Part shown: piece after piece, positions 36,801 through 52,807 of the stretch | How the letters are laid out: each line of letters opens with the position of its first letter | Position numbering within the stretch: the stretch's first letter is position 1 | Assembly: GCF_036321535.1 (NCBI RefSeq) | Contig: NC_087444.1 | Coordinates: 37,014,001-37,078,000, forward strand | Direction of reading: 5' to 3' | Length of the DNA: 64,000 nucleotides | Source of the DNA: Camelus dromedarius | Lineage: Eukaryota | The notes under the pieces: model-generated | Told to the model about the DNA's origin: nothing | Database searches by the model: none | Seen by the model: the letters and a program-made list of their open reading frames with translations, nothing else | Position numbers and translations under genes: made by a program

Positions 36801-37621
36801 CTGAGAGCTTTAAGCAGAAGAGTAGCACAGATGTTTGCTTTAGAAGGCTCCCTGTGGAAGGGGAGGCCCAGGGAAGGGAGTGCTGGGAGAAGAGGAGGAG
36901 GCCTTTCCAATCACTCTTGCAGAATTGATGGTAGTCTGGCCTAACCTCTCAGAGGCCATGCAGTTGGAGAGGGAGGGGCAAGCTGGAGAGATCTTCAGAG
37001 AGTGGAATCCTTTTTAACTGAGTGGCCACTCTGGGAGAGTGACAGATTCTAAGCCTCCTCCTTGGAATCGACCTAGGGGACTGTGAAGAGGGTGAGGCTG
37101 GCATAAGCTGGGACATAGGAATTCAGCATTGGATATGGGGAGTCTGAGGTGCCTGAGAGATAGCCAAGGGAAGGTGTTTGGAAGGCAGTTGGATACCCAG
37201 GTTTGGCGGTGAGGGGGGAAGCTGGACTAGGGACAGGAGTGGGATTGTAGGGCACAGATAATAAAAGAAGGTATTGAGAGAAAGAGCAGATACCTAGGAC
37301 TGAGTCTCAGGGTACACAATGTTGGGAGTGGATCAGGAGGGCAGAGAGAGGAGTTCCAGGAACACAGGGCTATGGGCTGTTGCAAGAGAGCTGGGAGCAG
37401 CTGCCTGAAAGCATGGACATTCTGCCTACCCCTGAGGCCCAGCTTCCTTCCTGCAGGTGTCCTATGAAGATGTAGACCACCTTCGGCCCCATGGGGTGCT
37501 GGACAATACCCGGGTGCCCCACTTCATGCAGGACTTGGCGCGCTACCGGCAGCAGCTGGAGCACATCATGGCCACCAACCGGCTGGATGAGGCGGAGCTG
37601 GGCCGCCTGCTGCCTGACTGA
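33844..37621 (+). CDS. MATCAP1: Microtubule-associated tyrosine carboxypeptidase 1 (KIAA0895L), 471 aa. Exons 33844-34413, 34496-34639, 34928-35060, 35967-36272, 36367-36464, 37457-37621
   Basis: It starts MVLDSGAQ, carries the metalloprotease motif HEIGTH across the exon 3/4 junction and NPTEEGLA, and ends RLDEAELGRLLPD*. The exons sum to 1416 nt in frame. Confidence 0.96.
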
Positions 37622-39347
37622 TGCTGGTTGAAGGCTATAGGTAGCAGACCTGGACAGAGAGGCCCTGGTCAGAGGGCTCCAGATCAGCCCCCAGAACATG
37701 AAGCTGTCTGCTCTGTGTTTCCAGAGCCTGGGTGTTTCTTGGGGAACAGGGAGGGCAGGAGCATCTCAGGAGGGACAAGTGGCAACATCAGAGAGTTTGT
37801 GTCCTTTGCTGGCCTTACTGGGGCCTGAGGGCCAACAGCAGCATGTCAGGCAAACTAAGTCTGCCCCCCTACCTCCAGCTGTCTGTTGAGCAGAGGGAAA
37901 GCCTGGGGGCAGGAAGGAAGCTGATCATGGATGGGGGTGGGGGTGGTTTGGGAGTAGAAACTTATCCTTGCATGAGATGGCTTTGGGTGTCTGCATACTC
38001 CAGTCATTTCCTCCCCCACCTGGCCCCTTGGTGCTCCTTCAGCTTTCATGCTGTCTACCTCTCACTGGGTCCTGGTGGGGGTCTCCCTTCTCCTGGGGTG
38101 ATTGCCTGAGTGTGAAGTCTTGGCTTTCACACAGACTCAAGGGGCAGGTATCCTGGCAGTAGAGACCCAGCTGGGCTGGGGTATGCTTTCCAGCATTTTG
38201 CCTCTCCCACTGTCATGTATTTATTCCTTGTTTATGTGCTTTATTTCCTGGGGCCGGGAGGCAGCAGTTTCTGAAGGTTTGGTGGAGGGAACAGGGCTCC
38301 TCTGGAAGGCACCAACTGTTCCTAGCTCCACTCTTAGCTCATACACACGTGCACATGTGCACATGTGCACACATACCCACGGGCCTTGTGAGTCGAGCCG
38401 AGAGCCCACTTGGCCCTGCCCTCACCCCCTGAACTGGCCTCGCTGTCCCTATCTTTGCCTACACACTCATAGATGGTGTTTGGCAGAGGCTGGCATAGTC
38501 TGGCAGCAGCCACAATCAAGCCTGAGGGGCAGGCCCCTAGTTGTTCCAAGCCCTGAGCCCTTCCTAGACCAGGAGTGGCATCGAGATGATTGTTGCTTTC
38601 AGTTTCACCTCAGAATCAGCTGTGTGAGGCTGACCCAGTCCCACTCCCACCCTTGGCCTTAGTTTTCCCATCTGAAAACTCGTGAATGCAGCTGAAAAGT
38701 TCTTATTCATTTAGTCAGTGAATATGTATAGAGCACCTTCAATGTGCCAGTTAACTGGCCAGAACACGTACTGAGCTCCCAGTCCTTAGAGAAGCCAATT
38801 AAAACAACAATTACAGTGAAGTGTGTGGGCTCTGTCTACCCAAGATCTCTTCCTCTTTCTCCTTATTTCACTTCCCGAGGCTGTGAGCTCTAGCGCTCCC
38901 TAAGTGGAGAGAAGTCCCCCTTTCCTGGCTCTCTGTGCCAGACCCAGGGGCTTTCACGGACTGGGGCTGGTGACTGCACATGACCTCAAATGGTTCATGA
39001 GAATAAAAGGGCCTTGGAGCAGGGCCCGAGAGTGTGGCCCTTGTCCCACTGGGGACCTGGGTCTGGGATCTCCAGTGGTGCAGCTTGGGCTATTGAGGAT
39101 GGAATGGGGCTGAAGAATGGGCCGTGGGCACATGGCTGCCCAGATCACTGGGACTTAGAGGCACAGATCCACACCCTAGTTCCTGGGCAAAAATCTAGAA
39201 TCACAGAGTCCAGGCTGACCCTCCAGAGTTTATTAACTTTCAGTGGTACTGGGCCAGGTGGAGCCTTGTTGGCACCTGACCCCAACAGGGCAGGATCCCA
39301 GATCCTATCCTGCCAGGGCGTAGAACAGCCTGACAGCGCTATGGCCT

Positions 39348-40212
39348 TCAGGAATCTAGAGACAACGGAAGGGGCGTGATCAGTCAGGTGGAGCCCTGAC
39401 CTTCGCCTCCCAGGCCTCGCCCTCCCGCCAGGTTTGGGTAACCGCACACCTTCAGACTCGTCTCCTGCCTCAAAGTCAGGTTCCGGCTCCAGTTCAGGCT
39501 CTGGTTCTGCCTCTGCCTCTGGCTCCGGATCCATTTGGGGTTCTAACTCTGGCTCAGCCCCTTCAGGGGCCTCAGCTTCTAGCTCCGGCTCGGGTTCCTC
39601 GAGGGTTCCAGAGTGCGCTGCCTCGGAGTCCTCAGGACCCCTGGTCTCATCAGAGTCTGAAGCTCTAGGTAGCCCAGGGCATGCGGTCCCTGAGCCGGCT
39701 GCCTCAGGCGTCCAGTGGCCTGGGCATGGAGGGTCGTAGCTTCGTTCCCGGTAGCCTGCAAAGGTGGGACTGCCTTAGGTTCAATTTACCCCACTGCGTT
39801 TTCCTCTGTACACGTGTGGTTCTTTTCCGCAGACCGCAACTCCGTGCCCCCACGCCCCTCCTCACGCCATGCGTCCTCCTTAGGTCTAGGCCCCGCCCCC
39901 CCCCCCCCCGCGCTCACCGGTGCCCACGTGCTGCCAGTCCCAGGCCGGGTCAGGCGCGCGCGTGGTACGCTGGGCGCAGCTGAGCAGCTCCTGGCAGGCG
40001 GCCTCGCCTTTACTCTGAACCAACAGCAGCAGGCGGCGCACCCTGCGCTCGGCATCAGGCAACGCATCCAAAGCCTCGTACTCGGGCCCGGTGAGAACGC
40101 CGCGTGCCAGAAGCGCATCCAGCAGCAGCCCTGAGTCCGCCTGCAGTGTTTCGACTAAGCGTTTCCGCTCACGGTCGATCGTCTCTGATGGCCTCTCCTG
40201 CGCGTTGCCCAT
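39348..40212 (-). CDS. NOL3: Nucleolar protein 3 / ARC (apoptosis repressor with CARD), 202 aa. Exons 40212-39918, 39755-39450, 39355-39348
   Basis: N-terminal [41 protein letters not shown]-rich tail [13 protein letters not shown], ending DS*. AATAAA (minus strand) is at 39229-39234. Confidence 0.96.
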
Positions 40213-42499
40213 GGTGGGGCCTGCAGGGGAGGTGGGGGTAGATAGGTAGTGGGGGGCCGGAGCTCCCCTGCCCTTGATTTCTTTCCCAGGGCCCCAGTTA
40301 ACACCTGTGGCTGGGGTTTAATTTCACCTCGACCTCGGTGGCCGGCGGCCGGACAGTTCCGCGGCACAGCGAAGGACTCATTCTCCAGCCTCTCTCGCCG
40401 CTTCTGTCTCCTCAGGCTTCTCCTTCGGTCCCTAGGTGTCTGCTGTGGCTCTCTTCTCCTCTACGCTATCCCAGGAACCTCTAACAGCTCTCCTCAAACA
40501 GGACTTCCTCCTGAGCCCCCACCACTTGCAGATTCCGCATGGATTTAGACCTAGTTTATCCCAAACCAACTTCTCTTTCCCAATCTGCTTCCTGAACTTA
40601 ATGAGCAGAAAGACCTACGATTGATCCCGATACACACTCAGCTTGCATTCAAGTCCTTTCCAGGCTATCTGCTGAATATTTCTGTCAACTGCACCACTTA
40701 CTTAGTCTAGCCTTTCACTTCCAGCCTAGACTTTGCAGAGCCCCAAATCCCCCCCAAAGTGCTGAGAGCCTCCCCTGCTCCTCTCACCTGCTAGAGAAGT
40801 CCAGACGCCTTATCCTGACCCTGAGGTCCTTCTGTCTAGAACAGGCCCTGCCCCTGCCCCCCCCCCACCAATACCACCACCATGTTGTAACCCTAACGTG
40901 GTCTCGCAGTTTCACCTGGTTCTCTAATATCTGAGGAGGGATACTTCAGTCTTCGCTCTGACCAAGATCTCCTGACATCACCTGAGACCAGACTATCTCC
41001 TTGCTGCCCTGGGTATGATTCACAGCCTTCATCTTGAAGTACCTAGGGCTCAACTCATGAAAGCTACCAGCAAATGCCAAACTTTCACTGTTTTCCTCCA
41101 TGCACTGTCCCATTTTGAGAGACTGTCTCTACCAAACAGCAGGTGTTAGGCAGAAATTAATCTGCTTTGTTCACTTATTAACAAGGACAATGGCCCACCT
41201 CCTTTTGGGTGGTCTGACCCAGGCAGCAAGGCCCCCGGCATTAAGGGGCAAATAGGTCAGGCCCTGGCCCACACCCTCTCTCAGCCCATCTCCCCTGGCC
41301 TTCCGTTTGTCCATACAGCACCTCCTTCAGGGTCCCTCCTCTACCTCCTTACCTGGCTCTAGGTCTGGGAGAGCGGATTTGGTCCTAGTCCCTATCCTGC
41401 CTCCCAGGTCTCTCTCACTATCTGGTGTTGTGTTATGCCTCTCTGGTCATTGCACTCTTCCTAGCCATTCTGAAATGTCAGCCCTTACCCCAGGCCATGA
41501 GCAGGGACCAGAAATACCCTTTGTCTATCCATCTCCCTTCATGTCCCATCTGTGACAAATGCTGCTCCCCTCCTCTCACTGAGTCTCATCAGCATCTCTC
41601 TCAACCCCACCATGGTCACCTCACCTCCTATCACAGTCTGTCTGAGTACCTCTCACTCCCATCCCACCACCCCCGCAGAATAGTGCCTCTGACAACTCCC
41701 TGGAAGTTGGGCTCTTGTCCCCATTTTACAAACAAGGAGACAGGCTCAGAGAGACTAAGTGACAGAATTGGAATCTGACTTGCTCCAGCCTGAACTACAA
41801 TAGGTCTCCTGCCAAGCAGAATGTCCACCATAACTACCTGTCGCCCGACCCCCACTGGCCATCAGAGAGAATCCAGACTATCTGGCCTGGCAGCTATAGC
41901 GACCTCCCACCCCATGGATGGCCAGGCTTTCCCCTACTTCCCTCCGTCACTCAGTACTGGGAGAACTCGCTAAGCCCCTGGCACTTCCAAACCAGATGCT
42001 GTTGCCTAGGCCTGGAATACCCTTCCCTCCTTCCATGCTGTGGGCCCATCCTCCAAGACTCAGATGTCCCCTCATCCACAACAACGCCTGAGTGTTCCAA
42101 AGGCAGAATGGTTCCTTCTCCTCTGCACCCCAGTGAACAGCATATACCCTCACTGACATCACTGCACTGTATATACATGGACCCTCTGGCCTCTTTACCT
42201 GGGGCTTTCAAAGACGGCCCCTCCAATCACAGGTCCAGGAAGGGAGAGAGGACAGAACCTACTCTCTACAGGTGCAGAAAGGGAAGGGGCAGTTTATATT
42301 GGCCCTTCCTTCTCTCTCACTCCTCCCCCCGTTATTTTCACATTAGCCTCCTCCTCCCGTTATCCAAGTCCTGCCCTTTGTCCTGTTTGGACTGCAGAGA
42401 CCCCAGCTGGTCTGGGTCCTCTGACACTAAATGCTCAGAAATGAATTCCAAATTTATGTCCTTCAATGGTCACAGCTCAGATTCTTCCTGGAGCACCAG

Positions 42500-43260
42500 G
42501 CAGCTCCAGGAGCGAGGTGGAGAGGAAGATCTTGGCCGCCCTTCCTACCTCGCTGCGCGCGTTCTTTTGCTAAGGAGCGAAGGTTGTGGGAAAGTGCCGG
42601 AGCCTTAGAGCTCGTGCGACCCCTTACATCCCCTCCACCCAGACCCAGTGCTAGAGTCCTGCGGAGGGGAGGGTCTCACAGACTTCCTTCGGGCGCGGCT
42701 GGTGGTGGTGGGGCGCGGATTTTGCCTAATGTCAGTTTCTCTTCCCTCCCCCAGCCGCAGGGGTGGGGCTCCCAGTCCGTGTCCTCCCGGCCGCCCCACT
42801 CACGGGTCGATCCTCGAGCCTCGGCGGGGCAGGAGGGGCCAGGAGATGACGAGGCAGAAAGGGCCGGGCAGGGTGGGGATGGGAGCAGCAGCTGCGGTGG
42901 GGCGGGGCGGCCAGTACTGCCGGGAACCGGGAAGGGGTGGGGAAAGGGGGGCGTTCTTCGGACGCGGGGAGGCAGGCCGCAGAGGCCGCGTACCGCCTGG
43001 GCACGTACACGTAGTGGGCTTTCCCTCTCAACCCCGCGCGCGCTGGGTGAGTCAGGGAGAAGACAGTTCAGCTGGCGTCCCCAAATACCCCAGCAATTCC
43101 CAGGCGTTTTACACCTACTCTCTCGTCGACCCCTCTCTGCTTGTCACAGATAAGGCTCAGAGAACGAGACCAGCTTACGCAGGATCACAGAGCGGATGCA
43201 CTGCGGAGCTGGGTGGGACCCTAAAAGCCCCCGCTTCCCGGCGATCTCAGTGACCGCGCG
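42500..43260 (-). promoter_or_regulatory. CpG island between the HSF4 3' end and the NOL3 coding exons; probable NOL3 promoter/non-coding first exon
   Basis: CpG-dense with GC boxes. The NOL3 ATG exon starts at an acceptor (40220), so an upstream exon is required. Confidence 0.55.
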
Positions 43261-43696
43261 CCAGCCCTGCATCCAGACCCGGAGGACAGGGGCCTAAGCA
43301 GGAAAACTAGGGGCAGGCTCCTCAAGCACCTCCACTCTCCAGGGGTTCCTTGATTAAAGATTAAAGTTCTAGGATCTGGATGCTTCTTTGCCTTTTGGTT
43401 TTTGGGTTTTGTTTTTGTGTTTGGCTTTCTGGGTGTTTCCTTAAGCCTTGCTGCAGGTGGACGCTTCTTTGAATGCAAAATCGCCCCCCACCATGACTTC
43501 GGTGCTCTCTGGCCGGTAGAGAAAAGAGACCAGAAACACAGGAAAAAACGCAATTTTATGCAGGTCTCCATATTAGAAAGGGGCCTCCGAGTAGGAGGGC
43601 TTCACTCAGCCTCCACCTGGGGCTCAAGAAAGCGGAGCACAACGTGCTGCTGCCGACCAACCCCTCAGCCAGGCTGTCTTCCAGGTGGTGGGGGTT

Positions 43697-48245
<4,549 letters not shown>

Positions 48246-48857
48246 TCAGCTGCATTAAGCGCTGGAGCCCGGCCGCCGCGGGCTTGTCAAAGCCGCGGAA
48301 AGTGCTGCGTTTGCCGCCCGCCCCGCCCTACTCCGCCTCTGGGCGCCCGGTCAGGTGGGGGCCACGTGCGAACCCGCGGGGCGGGGCTCAGACTGCGGCC
48401 TCGGCATCAGCCGACCGAAAGGGCAGTATGGGAGCGGATGCACGTGGAGGGGTGCGGTGGGGAGGGAGGCATGGGTTCGAGTTCCACGCTTCTCAGACCC
48501 GCTGTTTCCTCTTTGTTCTTCGGGAGAAATTCCCCTGGCGCAGCCTGTGTGGGCTGGGAAAATCCTTTAAAGCGATGGCGTGAGGGCAGTGAAGCCTTGA
48601 ATGGGGGGCAGATAGGAGTGGGGTTGGGGGCGGGGAAAGGAGAAACTGGCATCCTCCCGCCGAGCCCTGGGTTGTTGTCATTCCAAAGATGGGAGTGCCC
48701 CGCCTCTGACCCCCACAGCCGCACCAGTAGAAACAGACATTGAGGTCTGAGACTCTCCCACTTCTGTCCCGACCCCTCCCCTGGCCAATGACGGTTTTCC
48801 GCCCTCCCCCTTGAGATCCGACACCGCCTTTCACAGGACGCTTGAGATTCTGCTTGA

Positions 48858-48863
48858 TTTATT
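48858..48863 (-). terminator. FBXL8 poly(A) signal AATAAA
   Basis: tttatttattt on the plus strand, about 335 nt after the FBXL8 stop. Confidence 0.7.
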
Positions 48864-49197
48864 TATTTCACACTCACCCTTAAGGCACAGCTTGCACCAG
48901 TGCCCTCCCTTCCCCTATGCTGGGGCCGCCGAGCTAGCGCAAACTTTGCAGAGTGGGGTTGGAGGAGGGTGATCCTGGAAGGGTGGGGACAGTAGGTGTC
49001 TGAAGATATTGAGAGCGAGTGGACTCAGGGCGCTCGGAGCTAGTCCCGACGCCATCCCGTAGGCCCCAATCCTCAAGAGGCACAAAAGGCAACAGAGTTC
49101 TAAAGAAGCGGGCTAGCAGCTGGCGCGCCCCTGGGTAAACCCACGGAACATCTCAGAGGCCACATGTCCGCAAGGAGGTGAAAGAGGATTTGTCCCA

Positions 49198-50920
49198 TTA
49201 CGCCACAAGCGTGGGCCGCCAGGGATGTGGCTCCCGCGTTAGTTTCAGCGTGTAGCTGCGCAGGTGTGGGCAGTGCGCGCGGAAGGAGTGCAGCACTGAG
49301 GCTCTAACTACGCAAAAGCAGTGCACTTCGCGCAGCTCCGCGCAGCGCGCCGCCAACTCCTCCAGCGCGGTGTCCAGCTCTGCCGAGGACGTGGCGCGCA
49401 CCTCGAGCGCGCGCAAAGTTGCGGCGTAGTGGTGCGCTGCGAAGCGCACGGGGCCTACGGTGTCCCCAGAGAGGCTGAGGCGCAGCGCAGCCACTGGCAC
49501 GGCAGGCTGCAGAACGCGCGTCACGCTTTCCCCAGGCAGCGCGGGCTCCAGCTCCAGCTCTACGGCCAGTCCAGGGTGGCGGCGGCTCAGCGCCGCCCAG
49601 GCATCATTAGGCAGGGGGGGCGCGCGTGCATCTTCGGGGCACGCGCACCGCAGGGCCAGGAACTCAAAAGGCGAGCGGTCTGGCGCCGCCAGTGCCTCGA
49701 GCGCGGTACGCGACAGGCTGGCCAGGTGCAGGCCGAGGGCGCGCAGGCGCGGGCATGCCTCTAGTAGCTCCAGCACCGAGCCGGGCCCCACGCTGCCCAC
49801 CAGCGTACCGTTATCCAGGAAAAGACTGCGGAGCTCGGGGCAGCCGAGTGCCACCTGCAGCACCAGCGCATCGTCCAGTGTGAAGGGCAATCCCCGCAGG
49901 TCAAGGTGGCGCAGTGCGCCGGCGGCCCCACAGAGGGCGTGCAAGGAGTCCAGGACGTCGCGACCGGAGTCGAAGAGAGGCTTTTCTCCGCGGCACTCCA
50001 GGCACAGGCCTCGCAGCCCAGGGGTACGGCCCGCCAGTGCGGTCAGCAAATCTGTGGCCGCCCGGCGGCTCGGCTCCCTCGACGGCTCAAATTCCAGCCG
50101 TAGATTGTGAATGTGGTCCAGGCAGGCGAACAGATGCGGTGGCAGCATGCCTTCTAGCTCACATTCGCAACTTGGGGATAAAGTGGTAGAGAAAAGGCAT
50201 CAGCCGAGTCCCGACGACCTGGAGAGAAGCCTCTACCCACCCCTCAGCCTGGGTTCCAGCTACCATCCTCACTTCCTGCGCCCTGCCCACACACATTCCT
50301 GTCCTGACCATGCCTGGTCGCTCCAAGTTGATACTAGGAGGGAACTCCCATCCTATTTCTTTAGAAGACTTCAGATGCATCTGCCACTAGTTGAAACCGT
50401 GCCAGGGAGAGCCAATGATATTTTAGGAACTGGGTTTTCCTCACAGTCTTTAAGGAGGCGGCGCGTGGCCTCTGGATGGTAGGTTCACAATCTGGCTGTG
50501 CCACTTCTCAGCTGAGTGAGGAAGTGATTAGATCTTCCGCCTCATTTTCCTATCTGTGCAATGGAGATAATAATACCGTCTATCTATAAGGTTTTCATGA
50601 AGATTAAATAAATTAATATATGTAAGGTACTTAGAACAATGGTTGATACATAGTAGGTGAACAATAAGTGTTAGAAGTGATTATGCTTTTTAATATGGGG
50701 AGAGTCACTGCATCTACCCAATCCGACTCCACTGAGGGAGAAGATAGGAGGGTGAAAAGCTGGTTCACCTGATGTTTGTGTCGTGCCACACAGCGCTGCA
50801 GGTGGCAGCGGCAGCCCAGGCTTTGCAGACCCTCGCGGCATTGGCGCGGCCCCGCAGGGGCAGATGGCGGAAGATAAGCGCCAGCACCTCCTCTGGCAGC
50901 TGTTCTCCAGGCTCCACCAT
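49198..50920 (-). CDS. FBXL8: F-box/LRR protein 8, 374 aa. Coding exons 50920-50769 and 50170-49198; non-coding exon 1 ~52710-52588
   Basis: F-box LPEEVLALIFRHL...VCKAW, junction NIS|CECELEGMLPP, ending EPHPWRPTLVA*. The exons sum to 1125 nt. Confidence 0.95.
50470..50660 (+). mobile_element. MIR SINE fragment in an FBXL8 intron
   Basis: ggttcacaatctggctgtgccactt...ctcattttcctatctgtgcaatggagataataata...gtacttagaaca. Confidence 0.7.
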
Positions 50921-51614
50921 GGCCTGGCAGGGGCTGGGGGCTCCACTGCTCCCACCTGGAGAGAGAGGGACATCCCTGGGCTCAGGAAGGCCAAAATTGA
51001 GCGGAATAACTGGAGACTGTGTAGAAATGCTTGTGGCCAAGGAGCTGCTAAATAATTTGCAGAGCCTAGTGCAAAATGAAAATGCAGGTCTCTTTGTTCA
51101 AAACATTATTAAGGATTCCAAGACAGTGATAGCAGAGCATTTAACCAAGCTATTAAGCCAAGTGTGGGGCCCTGTGCAGCTGCACTGGTCTCAGACCCAC
51201 GAAGTCAGTCCTGGATGCTGAGGATTTCTGATTCTCCTTTAAACTACACTCTCATTTGTTGAACAAATTCACATTTTATGCTATATTAAAAGGAACTCAC
51301 CACGACCTGTGTGCGAAGTTGATAAAGGTGAATACCTGGATTTTGGACGATGCTGTTGGATCTTTTCCCCAGTTACCAAACCTTCCCTGAGGAAATTGGA
51401 GTGCAGCTGCACAAGGCCCTGACTCTAGACAACGACGTCCTCCCCCCAGCTCAGAGGGCCCGTCTCATCTCCTCTTGCCTCCTTCTATGTATGCTCAGAG
51501 CCACATGACGGCCTAGACTAGTCTCACAGGGCTCACTGAACTGTTTCCCTCCGAACTTCGACCCTGAGTACTAGGGAAGGACTGAGCCCAAACATTGCAA
51601 GAGCCATTGAAATG

Positions 51615-51790
51615 ACGGCTTCTCAAAGGGCGCGGGGCATCAGAATCACCCGGACACTTGCTCACAATACAGATTCCACGGCCCCACCGACTAAGTCAGG
51701 CTCTCTGAAAAAAAAAAGTAGGGCTCAGGAATCTGAATTTCAACAAGTAGGGGTGGATTCCACAGGTCCCAAGTTGAGAAACCCCGTCCT
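51615..51790. mobile_element. MER5A-like DNA transposon remnant
   Basis: ttctcaaa...gcatcagaatcacc...cagattcc...ggggctcaggaatctgaatttcaacaag...aagttgagaaacc. Confidence 0.65.
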
Positions 51791-52587
51791 AGCCCAGCCA
51801 GTCACTATTGAGAGTGAAGATAAGAGTTAATAGGGCGGGAGTATTAGGAAAAACATTTAATTGGTCGGGACCACAAGCCAATCAGGAAGCAGGGGTGCGG
51901 GTGGTGCACTGCTGAAACCGCTCCGAGAGGGGAAGTTCCTTCCCTTCCTCCACTTCGCCGGGGAGATGTCCTGGGTGCTTCCTATGAAAGGCCGGCGGGG
52001 CAGAGAAAAGCTTGAAGTTCGGGGGCCTGAGGGACCCTGGGTACAAGTTCTGATCCTGACCCCCGAGTAGCCCAGGCTCCCGTGGGGCGGTTTAGGCTCA
52101 ACTGGAATTGCGCACACCCACCTCAGACTGTGGCCTTTGTTAGAAAGTGTGCGTCCTCTTTGAAGTTGCCAATTTTATTTGAAGGCGTTTGAAGGTTTTC
52201 CTGCACATCGTCTTACACCACTTGCCAGTTTTCTATTTCCCCAGATATTCTAGGCTAACAACCCCTGCTGGAATTTGTGCCTAGTGTCTTCTATGGCTTC
52301 TGACACGCTCAGCCAGGCTTGAGCCTGGGACCCATCCGCATCCCGTTCAGAGCGTCAGGGACTAGTACAGATCAGAGATCTTCGAGCTCGACCACCCAGA
52401 AGGCATCAGAAAAATCTGGTCCCCACGGGGCGCCCCCTTGTTGATCCGTCCGTACTCCGTTCTCCGCTTTAGAAAGAGGAGCACTCCCACCATAGGGCCC
52501 TCCGGTCTCCTAAGAGCCCCAAGTCTTCGAAATCACTTGACGCAGGCAGTTCTTCCTGCCGTCTAACCTCGGGCGCTGGTGTCTTAC

Positions 52588-52807
52588 CTGCTCAGTGGAC
52601 CAGGTGGGCTTTGCTCACAGGCTGGGGACTGGCAGCAGCGGACAGTGGCGGGAAGGAACCGCAGGGAGCCCGTGGGGGCGGGACGCCGGGACGGACGGGG
52701 CGTCTCGGACTGGGGCACCGCCCCTGCGCTTCGCGCACACCCGGAAGCAGCGCGAGTCCAGTACAGCCGGGCGGCCGTGGGAATCCGGGCCGGGCCGGGG
52801 CGGCCAG
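52588..52807. promoter_or_regulatory. Bidirectional CpG promoter shared by FBXL8 (-) and TRADD (+), including both non-coding first exons
   Basis: Minus-strand donor cag|gtaaga at 52588 and plus-strand donor cag|gttagt at 52807. A GC box lies at 52718-52724 and ETS CCGGAAG at 52741-52747. Confidence 0.8.

Noticed and set aside
42431-43253. 201-240 aa ORFs in the HSF4-NOL3 CpG island
   Set aside because: Stop-poor GC-rich promoter DNA, with no domain signature or splice support.
49321-50110. Long plus-strand ORFs antisense to FBXL8 (147-216 aa), and similar ORFs opposite EXOC3L1, B3GNT9, ELMO3 and NOL3
   Set aside because: These are shadow ORFs expected from high GC3 codon usage. They are low-complexity Arg/Ala/Pro/Ser-rich with no recognisable domain.
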